Assembly (NCBI GenBank): GCA_947384955.1 | Contig: CANDJC010000005.1 | Location: 2,268 to 66,267 of the forward strand | Direction: 5' to 3' | DNA from: an uncultured Eubacterium sp. | GTDB lineage: Bacteria > Bacillota > Clostridia > Lachnospirales > Lachnospiraceae | Length of the DNA stretch: 64,000 nt | In this document: one piece after another, positions 45,801 to 52,932 of the stretch | How positions within the stretch are numbered: position 1 is the stretch's first letter | Layout: each line of letters starts with the position of its first letter | The notes under the pieces: model-generated | Seen by the model: only the letters and a program-made list of their open reading frames with translations | Databases searched by the model: none | Told to the model about the DNA's origin: nothing | Translations under genes and position numbers: made by a program

Positions 45801-48577
45801 CCGGTAAAAGGTCAATTACTTATACAGTAGACCCGCTTCCTCTTTCTGATACAAAACTGACGTTTTTATCGGAAGAAGCCCCTGTATATGACAGCCTGCC
45901 GCAGACACCGGCATTTAAGCTCAGTTATGGAAATATTGATAATATTTTAACTGTGAGAAATGGCAAACCGGTAACGACAGAGTTTTTAAAGGCTTCGGAT
46001 GTAGAAGTTAAGTTTTACGATAATACAGACGCATCCACAGAAGAGAAAAAGGCAAGCGTAACGGTTAAGATTATAGCAGGAAGTAACTATGAAGGTGAGA
46101 TAACGAAGGAGTTTACAGTTCTTCCGGCTCCTCTTGAAGAGCATGTACGTTTCATGTATCGGCCAAAGGGTGCCAGTGCAGATGTGGACTTAAAGAGTTA
46201 TAAACTTACATTCCCGTTCATTGGCGTAGGCAGTCCGGTATACCCGAAGTATGCTCCGGCTGACGCTGAACTGGCAGAAGAAGAAATCGGCATGTACTAC
46301 AATTATCCGTCAAAAGCCAACCACGGCAAATTCCTCGTCCCGAGTGCAGACTACGGCAGCCAGGAAGACCCGGATGGAATCAACATCGAGTACAAATATG
46401 TTGAGCCGGATACAGATGATACCGATATTCGGGAAGAATATCAAAGACCGACTCCTGATTACGCAGGCAAAGTCAGAGTAACCATTACCGGTAAACGCAA
46501 TTACACAGGAAAAGCAAGTTTCTGGTACTTTATCGGCGACGATATCAGTTCCGACGCGAAAATCAGCATTTCGCCGACGACAGCGGTTTTCAACTCACAG
46601 AACCAGTATCCGACGGTTACGATATCAGGTGTTGACAAGAACAAATGTACAATCGGAAATTACCGCGGTGAAGTATTAGTAGAAAATCTGATTACCGATA
46701 AGGACTTTATCGATGCAGGCACATACTTTATCCGTGTAGAAGGCGACCCGTCTAAGGGTACGTATGCAACAAAACCGGAAACGCTTACATTTACGATTAC
46801 TCCAAGAGCGTTCTCCAACTCACTCGTCATTGACGGCTTTAAGAAGGAATATGCATACACAGGCTACGAAATCCGCCCGGTAGGCATTTCTGTTACAGAC
46901 TACATTGACAATATTAAATACAGGCTGACAGAGGAAGAGGATTATGTATTAACATACTCCAACAACCTGAATGCAGGTATCGCATACATTAACGTTAAAG
47001 GCCAGGGCAATTTCAGCGGTTCCGCATCTACGAACTTCCTGATTACAAGCTCTACCATCAGCAGCGGAGGCTGGAATGGTTCAAACAGCTTCCTGGATGA
47101 AGGCTCAGGCGAGATTTCGGGAGCAGTGCCGGTAGCGCCGAATAATGTAAAACTGACGATGGATACGAGCGATGCGATGTACTATACAGGCAAAGCGGTA
47201 TATCCGAAAGTATCGATTTCAGGCATGACGGAAAATGTGGACTACACAGTTACATTTAGTAACAATGTGGAAGTCGGCATGGGTGTAGCGACGATTAATG
47301 GTATCGGGAATAACAATGGTGTCATTACTAAGAATTTCCGGATTATTGCTCCGTTGTCGAAGTGTACCATTTCACCGATTCCTGCACAGCAGTATACGGG
47401 TTCTGCAGTAACTCCGTCGCTGACGGTAAGATGCGGCAATACGGTGCTGATGGAAGGTACGGATTATACGGTTACGTATTCGAATAATATTAACATTGGT
47501 ACGGCAACGGCAACGATTCGTGCACTGAATAATGCTAACTTTACAGGTTCAGCATCTGTAAAATTCAGCATTGGCAATGATGTAGGCGGATTTATTATCA
47601 GCGGATTTGCACCGAGCTATGCTTATACGGGCAATGCGATTACACCGGGTGTTGTTGTAGAAACAGGCAGCAGCACGCTGACGCTGGGCACGGATTACAC
47701 GGTTTCTTATTCTAACAATGTAAATGCCGGTACAGCAACGATTACAGTTACAGGTACAGGAAAATATTCCGGTACGCAGACAGCGAACTTTATTATTGAA
47801 GCAAAGAGTATCCAGAGCTGTGATACGACAGAGGTTACAGACAGAACTTATACAGGCGATGCTTATACGCCGGACATTACGGTCAGCGACGGCGGCAAGG
47901 TACTGACGAAGGGTGTAGATTATACGGTTACTTATACGAATAATACGAATCCAGGTACAGCATCGATTCTGATTCAGGGTATGAGTAATAACTATACAGG
48001 CACGAAGGTAATCAGCTTTAAGATTTCAGCAGTTGCTGTGAAGGGACTGAAATCATCTTCTGTGAAGTATAACAGCCTGAAGCTGACATGGACGAAACAG
48101 GGATATGCAGACGGTTATCAGATTTGCAATTCCAGTTCGAAAGTGGTTAAGACCGTGAAGAAGAACAGTGCAAGCATTACAGGGCTTTCGGCAGGGAAGA
48201 CTTATAAGTACAAAGTAAGGTCTTATGTCCGCAATGCAGATGGAACGAAGTCTTACGGAGCATTCTCATCGGTTCTCAGTGTTACGACAAAGCTGCGGAC
48301 ACCGACGGTTAAGGTTGTTTCGAATGCGAAGGGCCAGGCACGTATCAGCTGGTCTAAAGTATCGGGAGCATCCGGTTATGAGATTTATTATAAGAAATCT
48401 TCGAAAGCGAAGTATAAGAAACTGAAGACTGTAAATAATCCGAATGTCCGGGTATGTACCGTACGCGGCATGAAGAGCGGCGACAGGGCTTACTTCCGCA
48501 TCCGTGCATTTAGAAAGAACGGAAGCAAGAAGGTATACAGTGCGCTGAATCCGCTGAAAGTCATCACAGTGAAATAA
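39869..48577 (+). CDS. Giant secreted surface protein: many Ig-like (YTG..P...DY.v.Y.NN.n.G) repeats + two C-terminal fibronectin type III domains
   Basis: Signal peptide MYKDVWKKFGAKVFIVLCSILLVGGVAIAA; repeats such as YTGNAITPGVVV...GTDYTVSYSNNVNAGTATITVTG; Fn3 LTW...DGYQI...GKTYKYKVRSY; no sorting motif. Confidence 0.88.
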   Translation: MYKDVWKKFGAKVFIVLCSILLVGGVAIAAPRLLAADRGVSLENVIFVEAGGNEPSITSGAAIITLNQADQFYSLDENGGVIAAIPSSLTLKYLNDNGKETTETIYEGNDYIFADNTEEDQAKKIAPDGVDIKIKAARGSNYLVDDAKTCTITYNIKKSSLKKIATDAIQTNNPGYQNITRTVLVSNGNEAITPKNIKINVTYGSKTFFLPESEYDIYEAQGSSGSYTETNNLNPVPNKLGRYAVYIKYKNFYLGNNENVVSESFEFDIKKDASNFTIQAWADDKGTQEYIPTNVSVNPMKVQVFDGTTDVSAFFDFSYPYETKGDGTTVKQVVAKPKETSNYIGDVIKSWTVSEKPLDVKFRNGRPDGTLDVMDYDNAVDGYKGVQTYEIQKQPLTVRVGGTDYALDINRYEIIGYTVVKSERDNTPIPGGTAGIIMMEIQTDSTYNPAPNTTGYLYYGIRRNIANARFKDNEGDEDANQIKYNGNTHYRTPYIYFNDAPDNVEYKLVKDTDYTLTYSLKKRGDGSVVTGSGKDVVTDAGTVSMTVTGKAGTGEPGSRTDLPGYYGTLTGESYPDALTYTIQAKSISEYDMSYNDVTYQLEDTPPNVATAETNVYFKPKDENLRTIYLAHMTPIKDYSIDYYFKQACAESDYIENWQQSVEDGDIEAGGTYYAKITFTGNQKDFVVIPLKMVAYELTNVKIDVKDWCNQEGETDGKHIYNGKQHSLNVVVTVKDDPSRPPLVQGDRPGRGDYWLEYDAASDRVNVSGQDQNVLVTIKFKSGAETTRKFKIHPRQVETGKVKITATGFQNTSSGTTHLFNGIGDDKVPALDKLELSYQKAGGSTETLTMYEKAGVQIEDGTLSNDDYDVLPGLYDANGNKVNLNSISMDASYYYAIEPKGNFEGKFISGDKKYVLAGPFKFIKKDLGAKEITYRDKSTKGDLVMTRWKFDTEAEYRQKVEEWLNSHLEVWDEDLKQAVDPGNYTIDLDNSNKIDENGTIVFRIVATPNGCYENEKEKLIIYTGEDIAKTEVREKGTTVYHSFVNRETTLDNPYSKVSSTGDLYGLNFGDADDGSYTCVYSGGRNFTDIIGVNQKYTVGTFIEPVKDSSNPQKQQMASVTLTGKSGFHGTVTIYIKVENHHFDQTHYEIRIPDQIYNGKEQTPAFTVWYSATGKSDANPNPTDWERLPDDCYDPNTVEWLRNKNANEIYGTNGKYDTNELSQVTIHGQFGYDGPLKGWFVIKPFDITNGTDGVDNMNINGIRFNDGYNTLSGIMYVPYTYLDSNSAAEGITDTGNITVEGAWQTFKLNFYPDGLSGAPIELTKDDYSYYCTAAAAANQYDKNTKPKKVGDCYAVIEGKNNFTGIIHAKYRVNQVNMSESCFVRFVNNKKWNQFTGEEILPKIEVIQKAENGKTYKLTEGEDYTLTYSDNKRFITNDWNNPTTCTTWIQIDEASNGNYIEGFTEPYVIYADLDPGNGLTTASKNLRLYWGTDPKLKISYQNVISKSFEGLNLSVQQWKEGGSYGSGKLDVDYTTYPMKIGTPPTSADVADYTVEFPVETIGGSDDNPRTMIVRGLSDGVSKGVIRTSGPNGVTVPAVIFDSLQNVDEDRLWENNGGSSNISMSITTGSAISHEDLSKILTVYCGGRPLVWGKDYIFEGQMNTTIGQGSILIKPTPEALAAGYLTDDTKRIDYNLVSAITGMVPNIKDEYIYKHQKFFNTATTDFGLSLNGKNLINGIDYTVTVTDENDTEVTEPENCGTYNYLIVGIGSYGDRITGSFRIRPYDLGADYAQGKVTIELKNQGRVTFTGSSVLPEVVSVTVKHGDYDTPYDLVQIDDSNAGDYGVRTAKDRDDPVHVNWTDSDGEIPKAAVYGMNNYTGQVTANYLIEKKSIEDSDIFIDDILGLKYQNGIEIKPVPTITYRETPDKDAKILLTLSGEEYSSDKDSEYGSQYRIHFTYRYLDNVKNAGTKHMEIVGVGNFTGKRSITYTVDPLPLSDTKLTFLSEEAPVYDSLPQTPAFKLSYGNIDNILTVRNGKPVTTEFLKASDVEVKFYDNTDASTEEKKASVTVKIIAGSNYEGEITKEFTVLPAPLEEHVRFMYRPKGASADVDLKSYKLTFPFIGVGSPVYPKYAPADAELAEEEIGMYYNYPSKANHGKFLVPSADYGSQEDPDGINIEYKYVEPDTDDTDIREEYQRPTPDYAGKVRVTITGKRNYTGKASFWYFIGDDISSDAKISISPTTAVFNSQNQYPTVTISGVDKNKCTIGNYRGEVLVENLITDKDFIDAGTYFIRVEGDPSKGTYATKPETLTFTITPRAFSNSLVIDGFKKEYAYTGYEIRPVGISVTDYIDNIKYRLTEEEDYVLTYSNNLNAGIAYINVKGQGNFSGSASTNFLITSSTISSGGWNGSNSFLDEGSGEISGAVPVAPNNVKLTMDTSDAMYYTGKAVYPKVSISGMTENVDYTVTFSNNVEVGMGVATINGIGNNNGVITKNFRIIAPLSKCTISPIPAQQYTGSAVTPSLTVRCGNTVLMEGTDYTVTYSNNINIGTATATIRALNNANFTGSASVKFSIGNDVGGFIISGFAPSYAYTGNAITPGVVVETGSSTLTLGTDYTVSYSNNVNAGTATITVTGTGKYSGTQTANFIIEAKSIQSCDTTEVTDRTYTGDAYTPDITVSDGGKVLTKGVDYTVTYTNNTNPGTASILIQGMSNNYTGTKVISFKISAVAVKGLKSSSVKYNSLKLTWTKQGYADGYQICNSSSKVVKTVKKNSASITGLSAGKTYKYKVRSYVRNADGTKSYGAFSSVLSVTTKLRTPTVKVVSNAKGQARISWSKVSGASGYEIYYKKSSKAKYKKLKTVNNPNVRVCTVRGMKSGDRAYFRIRAFRKNGSKKVYSALNPLKVITVK

Positions 48578-48630
48578 TCTGCAGTTCATTTCGCATGAAA
48601 TCCAGGCTGCAGCATGAATGAAGCAGAGGC

Positions 48631-49797
48631 ATGAGTGAAAAATACAAAATAGGCGATTATGAATTTAATACCTATGAAGAGTACCTTGCGGCGCAGGAGG
48701 ATGTAAAGAAAATCGATTTTATTACAAAGGAAGTCGATATTACGGATGCCGATGTCGCCGTAAGGCTCTACACTCTAATCAGGAATAAGGAAATTGTGTT
48801 CCGCAGTCAGGTGGGACTTTCCTTTTCCTGGTATCTGACAGATGTGCTGGCGCAGAATTCCCAGAATCTGCTAGAGGAAAAGCGGAAGCGGGAAGCGCAG
48901 CAGGAAAAAGGAAAGAAGTTTGGAATGGCGGGCATGCTGTGCATGCTGGCGGCTGTTCTCTGCCTGGGGTATTACGGGATTACTTTATGGCAGGAGCATT
49001 TGGAAAGCCAGGAGTATGAAAGGCTCCAGGATATGCAGAATCTGACAGGGCATATCATCCGCGATTCGGAAGAAGGCGCTGACGGTTCCGGGGAATCGGG
49101 CCAGGCAGACAGCCCTGAGACAGAACAGAACAGCAAAACGAATAACAGCAAAACAAAAAAGAAAAAAACAGACAAGAGCCAGGCAGCGGAGGAGAAAATC
49201 GACCCGGCTGACCTGACAGTCTTAAAGAAATATAAAAAACTGTATAAGCAGAATCAGGATCTGGCGGGATGGCTGTCTATCGAAGGTACGGTAATTGATT
49301 ATCCGGTTATGCAGACAGGCAGAAAGAACTCAGATTACTATCTGCATCATGATTTTGAGAAAAAAGAGAGTGACCACGGCACATTGTTTCTGGATGCAAG
49401 AAATGATTATGTGAACCGGGACACAAACCTGATTATTTACGGGCATAATATGCGGGACGGGACGATGTTCGGCGGGCTGAAGAGCTTTATGGACAAGGAG
49501 TATATGGAGCAGCACAGGGAAATTGTGTTTGACACGATATATGAAAAGGCGCGTTACAAGGTTGTCGCGGTATGTCTGTCTAAAGTAAATTATCAGGATG
49601 ACGAGGCTTTCCGGTATTATAATTTTCTGGAAGCGTCGGGGAAAGAAGAATTTAATGCTTTTCTGGCAAATATCCAGCAGCTGACGGTGTTTGACCAGAC
49701 AATTGATATTTCGTATGGGGATGAGCTGCTGACATTATCCACCTGCAACAGTTATATTCAGGACGGAAGGCTGTTCCTCATTGCGAAGAAGGAGTGA
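48631..49797 (+). CDS. srtB: Class B sortase with an extra N-terminal cytoplasmic domain
   Basis: GWLSIEGTVIDYPVMQ, IIYGHNM (His), TLSTC (Cys), GR (Arg); internal TM. Confidence 0.92.
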   Translation: MSEKYKIGDYEFNTYEEYLAAQEDVKKIDFITKEVDITDADVAVRLYTLIRNKEIVFRSQVGLSFSWYLTDVLAQNSQNLLEEKRKREAQQEKGKKFGMAGMLCMLAAVLCLGYYGITLWQEHLESQEYERLQDMQNLTGHIIRDSEEGADGSGESGQADSPETEQNSKTNNSKTKKKKTDKSQAAEEKIDPADLTVLKKYKKLYKQNQDLAGWLSIEGTVIDYPVMQTGRKNSDYYLHHDFEKKESDHGTLFLDARNDYVNRDTNLIIYGHNMRDGTMFGGLKSFMDKEYMEQHREIVFDTIYEKARYKVVAVCLSKVNYQDDEAFRYYNFLEASGKEEFNAFLANIQQLTVFDQTIDISYGDELLTLSTCNSYIQDGRLFLIAKKE

Positions 49798-49802
49798 CGC
49801 AT

Positions 49803-51374
49803 ATGATTAGTTCAATAGTAAAGCAGAAATTTGCCTTCACACTGGCAATGGCAATGGTATTATTCCTGATGCCGCGCGAAACCGTTTTTGCATCAAATAT
49901 GACGATTTCCGGCGGTGTACTGACTGCGTATAATGGCGGAGGCGGTGCAGTCACGATTCCTTCAGAAGTAACATCCATCGGGCCTGGTGCTTTTGCGGGC
50001 AAGGCAGTCAGCAGTGTCAGTATCCCTGGCAGTGTCAGGAGCATTGGCGATAATGCATTTGCAAACTGTACCGCGCTGGCAAACATTACAGTGCCTGGCA
50101 GTGTAACGAGTATGGGCAGCGGCGTATTTTCGGGCTGCAGCGGACTGAGTTCTGTCAGCATGCAGGCTTCGGTTTCTTCAATTCCTGCATCGACATTCAG
50201 CGGATGCAGGTCTTTAACAAGCATTGCGATTTCGGCAGGGGTTAGTTCCATTGGCAGCGGCGCATTTTCGGGCTGTAGCAGCTTAAGCTCTATGTCGGTA
50301 CCGTCAGGAGTCAGCAGCATTGGCGACAGCGCTTTTGCAAACTGCTCGAGTCTGTCGGCGATTTCTATTCCGGCGAGCACAAGCAGCATTGGCGGCAGTG
50401 CTTTGTCCGGCTGTTCGAATCTGACTACGATTAATGTAGCAGGCGGCAATTCGGCTTATGCATCAGATGGAGGATGCCTGTACAACGCATCGAAAACAAG
50501 ACTGATTATGGTTCCGGTCGGCAAATCGAGTGTTTCCCTGCATTCGTCTACGAAAATTATCGGCAGCGGTGCTCTGGCCGGCTGCAGCAGGGTGTCATCG
50601 CTATCTCTGCCGAGCGGGCTTACAACGATAGAAAGCGGTGCATTTTCCGGCAGCGGAATCCGTTCCATTACCATTCCGGCTTCGGTAACGTCGATTGGTT
50701 CCCAGTCGGGCTGGTCGCCGGATGTGATTACAGGTTACAGCAGCTCCGCGGCAGCTTCTTTTGCTGCTTCGGCGGGTTATACATTTTCCAGTCTGGATGG
50801 CGGTGGAAGTTCGTCAGACAGCAGCGATGATGATGAAAGTGATTCCGGTACAGCAGGAAGTACGACGGCAGATGTCAGTGATATTTCTTCCGGGGATGAT
50901 GCAGCCGATGAAGAAGAAGAACCGGATGATGATGAAACGGTAGGAAGTACAACCATAGATTTAGGAGAAGATTCGGGGAGCGGCTCAGGCTCTTCGGGCG
51001 GGAGCAGTTCGGGTTTTTCCGGCAGCGGTTCCGGTACAGGCAGCAGCTCAGGAGGCAGTACAGCTTCTTCCGGCGGCGGTTCCGGTGCAGGCAGCTCAGC
51101 TGGCAGTTCCGGTACGGGCAGCAGCTCGGGAGGCAGTACAGCAGCTTCTGGCAGCAGCACTGCGTCTGTGAGCAGTTCAGGAGGCAGTTCTTCGGCATCT
51201 TCCGGCAGCGGCAGTTCTTCCGGGGTTTATGCGGGAGCATCTTCCGGCAGCCATACGCTGGATGAAACGCCGAAAACAGGAGACGGCTCGATTGATCCCA
51301 GACTGTTTCTGATTATCGGGCTTGTGTTTGTAGGATGCGGGCTGATACTGGCTGGGAAAAAACAGAGAGTTTAG
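49803..51374 (+). CDS. BspA-type (LRR_5) surface protein with Gly/Ser stalk and TPKTG sorting signal
   Basis: Signal peptide; 23-aa repeats SIG..AF.gC.sL.si.ip.gv; acidic + G/S tract; DETPKTGD-hydrophobic-KKQRV tail; RBS overlaps the srtB end. Confidence 0.9.
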   Translation: MISSIVKQKFAFTLAMAMVLFLMPRETVFASNMTISGGVLTAYNGGGGAVTIPSEVTSIGPGAFAGKAVSSVSIPGSVRSIGDNAFANCTALANITVPGSVTSMGSGVFSGCSGLSSVSMQASVSSIPASTFSGCRSLTSIAISAGVSSIGSGAFSGCSSLSSMSVPSGVSSIGDSAFANCSSLSAISIPASTSSIGGSALSGCSNLTTINVAGGNSAYASDGGCLYNASKTRLIMVPVGKSSVSLHSSTKIIGSGALAGCSRVSSLSLPSGLTTIESGAFSGSGIRSITIPASVTSIGSQSGWSPDVITGYSSSAAASFAASAGYTFSSLDGGGSSSDSSDDDESDSGTAGSTTADVSDISSGDDAADEEEEPDDDETVGSTTIDLGEDSGSGSGSSGGSSSGFSGSGSGTGSSSGGSTASSGGGSGAGSSAGSSGTGSSSGGSTAASGSSTASVSSSGGSSSASSGSGSSSGVYAGASSGSHTLDETPKTGDGSIDPRLFLIIGLVFVGCGLILAGKKQRV

Positions 51375-51445
51375 ATACAGGAACAGGAATCGACTTTACC
51401 AGGGAGATTCCTGCTTCTGGTTTTTCTGAAAGATGGTGCATTGTA

Positions 51446-52588
51446 ATGCTGCAAAATGAGCTTTGTGCAATTGATTTATTTAGCGGCTGCGGAGGAGTGA
51501 CGGCCGGATTAAAAAAGGCGGGAATTAAAGTGCTTGCAGCTGTAGAGATTAATGAGACTGCAGCAGCTACATATCGGGAAAATAACAAAGAAGTGGCGTT
51601 GCTTCAAAGAGATATACGCGAGGTCAGCGGGGAGGAACTGAAAGAGGTTTCCGGGATGTCAGCCAGTGAGCAGCTGCTGCTGGTTGCATGTCCGCCGTGC
51701 CAGGGATTTTCTGCAATACGGCGGGGAGGAGAAAATGACGAGCGCAATCAGCTGGTATTTGAATTTCTGCGGCTGGTGAAGGAACTCAGGCCGGCATTTA
51801 TTTTGATGGAAAATGTAGCGGGTATGTCAAGGGGAAAAGGGAGAGAGACATTCCGCAGCGCATATCAGGAGTTTGAAAAATATTACAAATGCAAGTATGA
51901 TGTTTTAAATGCGGCAGATTATGGAGTTCCTCAGACAAGAAAACGTCTGGTGCTTCATGGGATTCGGAATGATTTATATGAAATGTGGAAGGAGAAAGGC
52001 GTAGAGATTCGCCTGCCGCGTCCGACACATATTTCAGCTGGAAAAAAGAAAAAAGACTGCAGTCTTCCGGTGTGGAAAACTGCAGACGTGATTCTCGGGC
52101 TGCCAGAGATAGAAGCAGGAGGAGAATATACGGGAGAAGGCGTTTATAATCATGTCTGCAACAGCATGAATGATATAAATATAAAAAGAATCAGGTATAT
52201 TCGGGAGCACGGGGGAAACCGCGCCTGTCTGCCGCAGGAGCTGGCTTTAGAATGCCATAAGGGAAAGAGCGGGCATACGGATGTATATGGAATACTGGAT
52301 ATGAAGAAACCCGCACCTACGATTACCGGAGGATGCATGTATTATTCAAAAGGCAGATACGGGCATCCTTATCAGAACCGTGCGCTGAGCGCGCGAGAGG
52401 CAGCAAGGCTGCAGTCATTTGATGACGATTATATTTTTCAGGGAACAAACGCCCAGATTGCTCTTCAGATAGGGAATGCTGTGCCGGTTGAGCTGGCAAA
52501 GGCAAGCGGACTGTATTTTGCAGAAATGTTCCGTGTTATGAAATCTAATTTGAACAAAAGCACAGACTGCGGTGTAAATAACGGATAG
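51446..52588 (+). CDS. C5 DNA cytosine methyltransferase
   Basis: Motif I FSGCGG, IV PPCQGFS, VI ENV, VIII QTRKR, X GNAVP; likely start ATG 51446. Confidence 0.95.
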   Translation: MLQNELCAIDLFSGCGGVTAGLKKAGIKVLAAVEINETAAATYRENNKEVALLQRDIREVSGEELKEVSGMSASEQLLLVACPPCQGFSAIRRGGENDERNQLVFEFLRLVKELRPAFILMENVAGMSRGKGRETFRSAYQEFEKYYKCKYDVLNAADYGVPQTRKRLVLHGIRNDLYEMWKEKGVEIRLPRPTHISAGKKKKDCSLPVWKTADVILGLPEIEAGGEYTGEGVYNHVCNSMNDINIKRIRYIREHGGNRACLPQELALECHKGKSGHTDVYGILDMKKPAPTITGGCMYYSKGRYGHPYQNRALSAREAARLQSFDDDYIFQGTNAQIALQIGNAVPVELAKASGLYFAEMFRVMKSNLNKSTDCGVNNG

Positions 52589-52883
52589 AAATTGTGCCGT
52601 TATTTAAAGCGCTGCAGACTGACTGTGCTGTCTGATACGTTTTCACAGTATAGACAGGCTGATGTTTCGGCGTGTCTTCATCTATAATACACCAGTCATT
52701 TCTATGAACAAGTCTGTACCGTTCTGCAGAAAGACTGGTATCTGTATAAGGAATCCATGTTTCGCAGACCGGACAGAATATCTGACGGATTTTACCGCTG
52801 CAGGTGTCAAGCGGGAAAGAGACATCTGCGGTATTCTGTGTATAGCACCGGTAACAGTAAAAGTTATAGATTGTTCGTTTCAT
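52545..52883 (-). CDS. Putative small Zn-ribbon protein, antisense within the MTase-ATPase gap
   Basis: RBS AGGTG 6 nt before ATG; CYRC...CPVC pair; fills the intergenic gap and overlaps the MTase 3' end by 44 bp. Confidence 0.45.
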   Translation of the reverse strand: MKRTIYNFYCYRCYTQNTADVSFPLDTCSGKIRQIFCPVCETWIPYTDTSLSAERYRLVHRNDWCIIDEDTPKHQPVYTVKTYQTAQSVCSALNNGTISIRYLHRSLCFCSN

Positions 52884-52932
52884 TAAAATCACCTGTATGA
52901 ATTATATGATAGTTAGAAAGGAAATATGCAGC

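Noticed and set aside
49778-51240. Several antisense ORFs (49778-50449, 50777-51160, 50875-51240)
   Set aside because: Shadows of the periodic BspA repeats and the low-complexity Gly/Ser tract.
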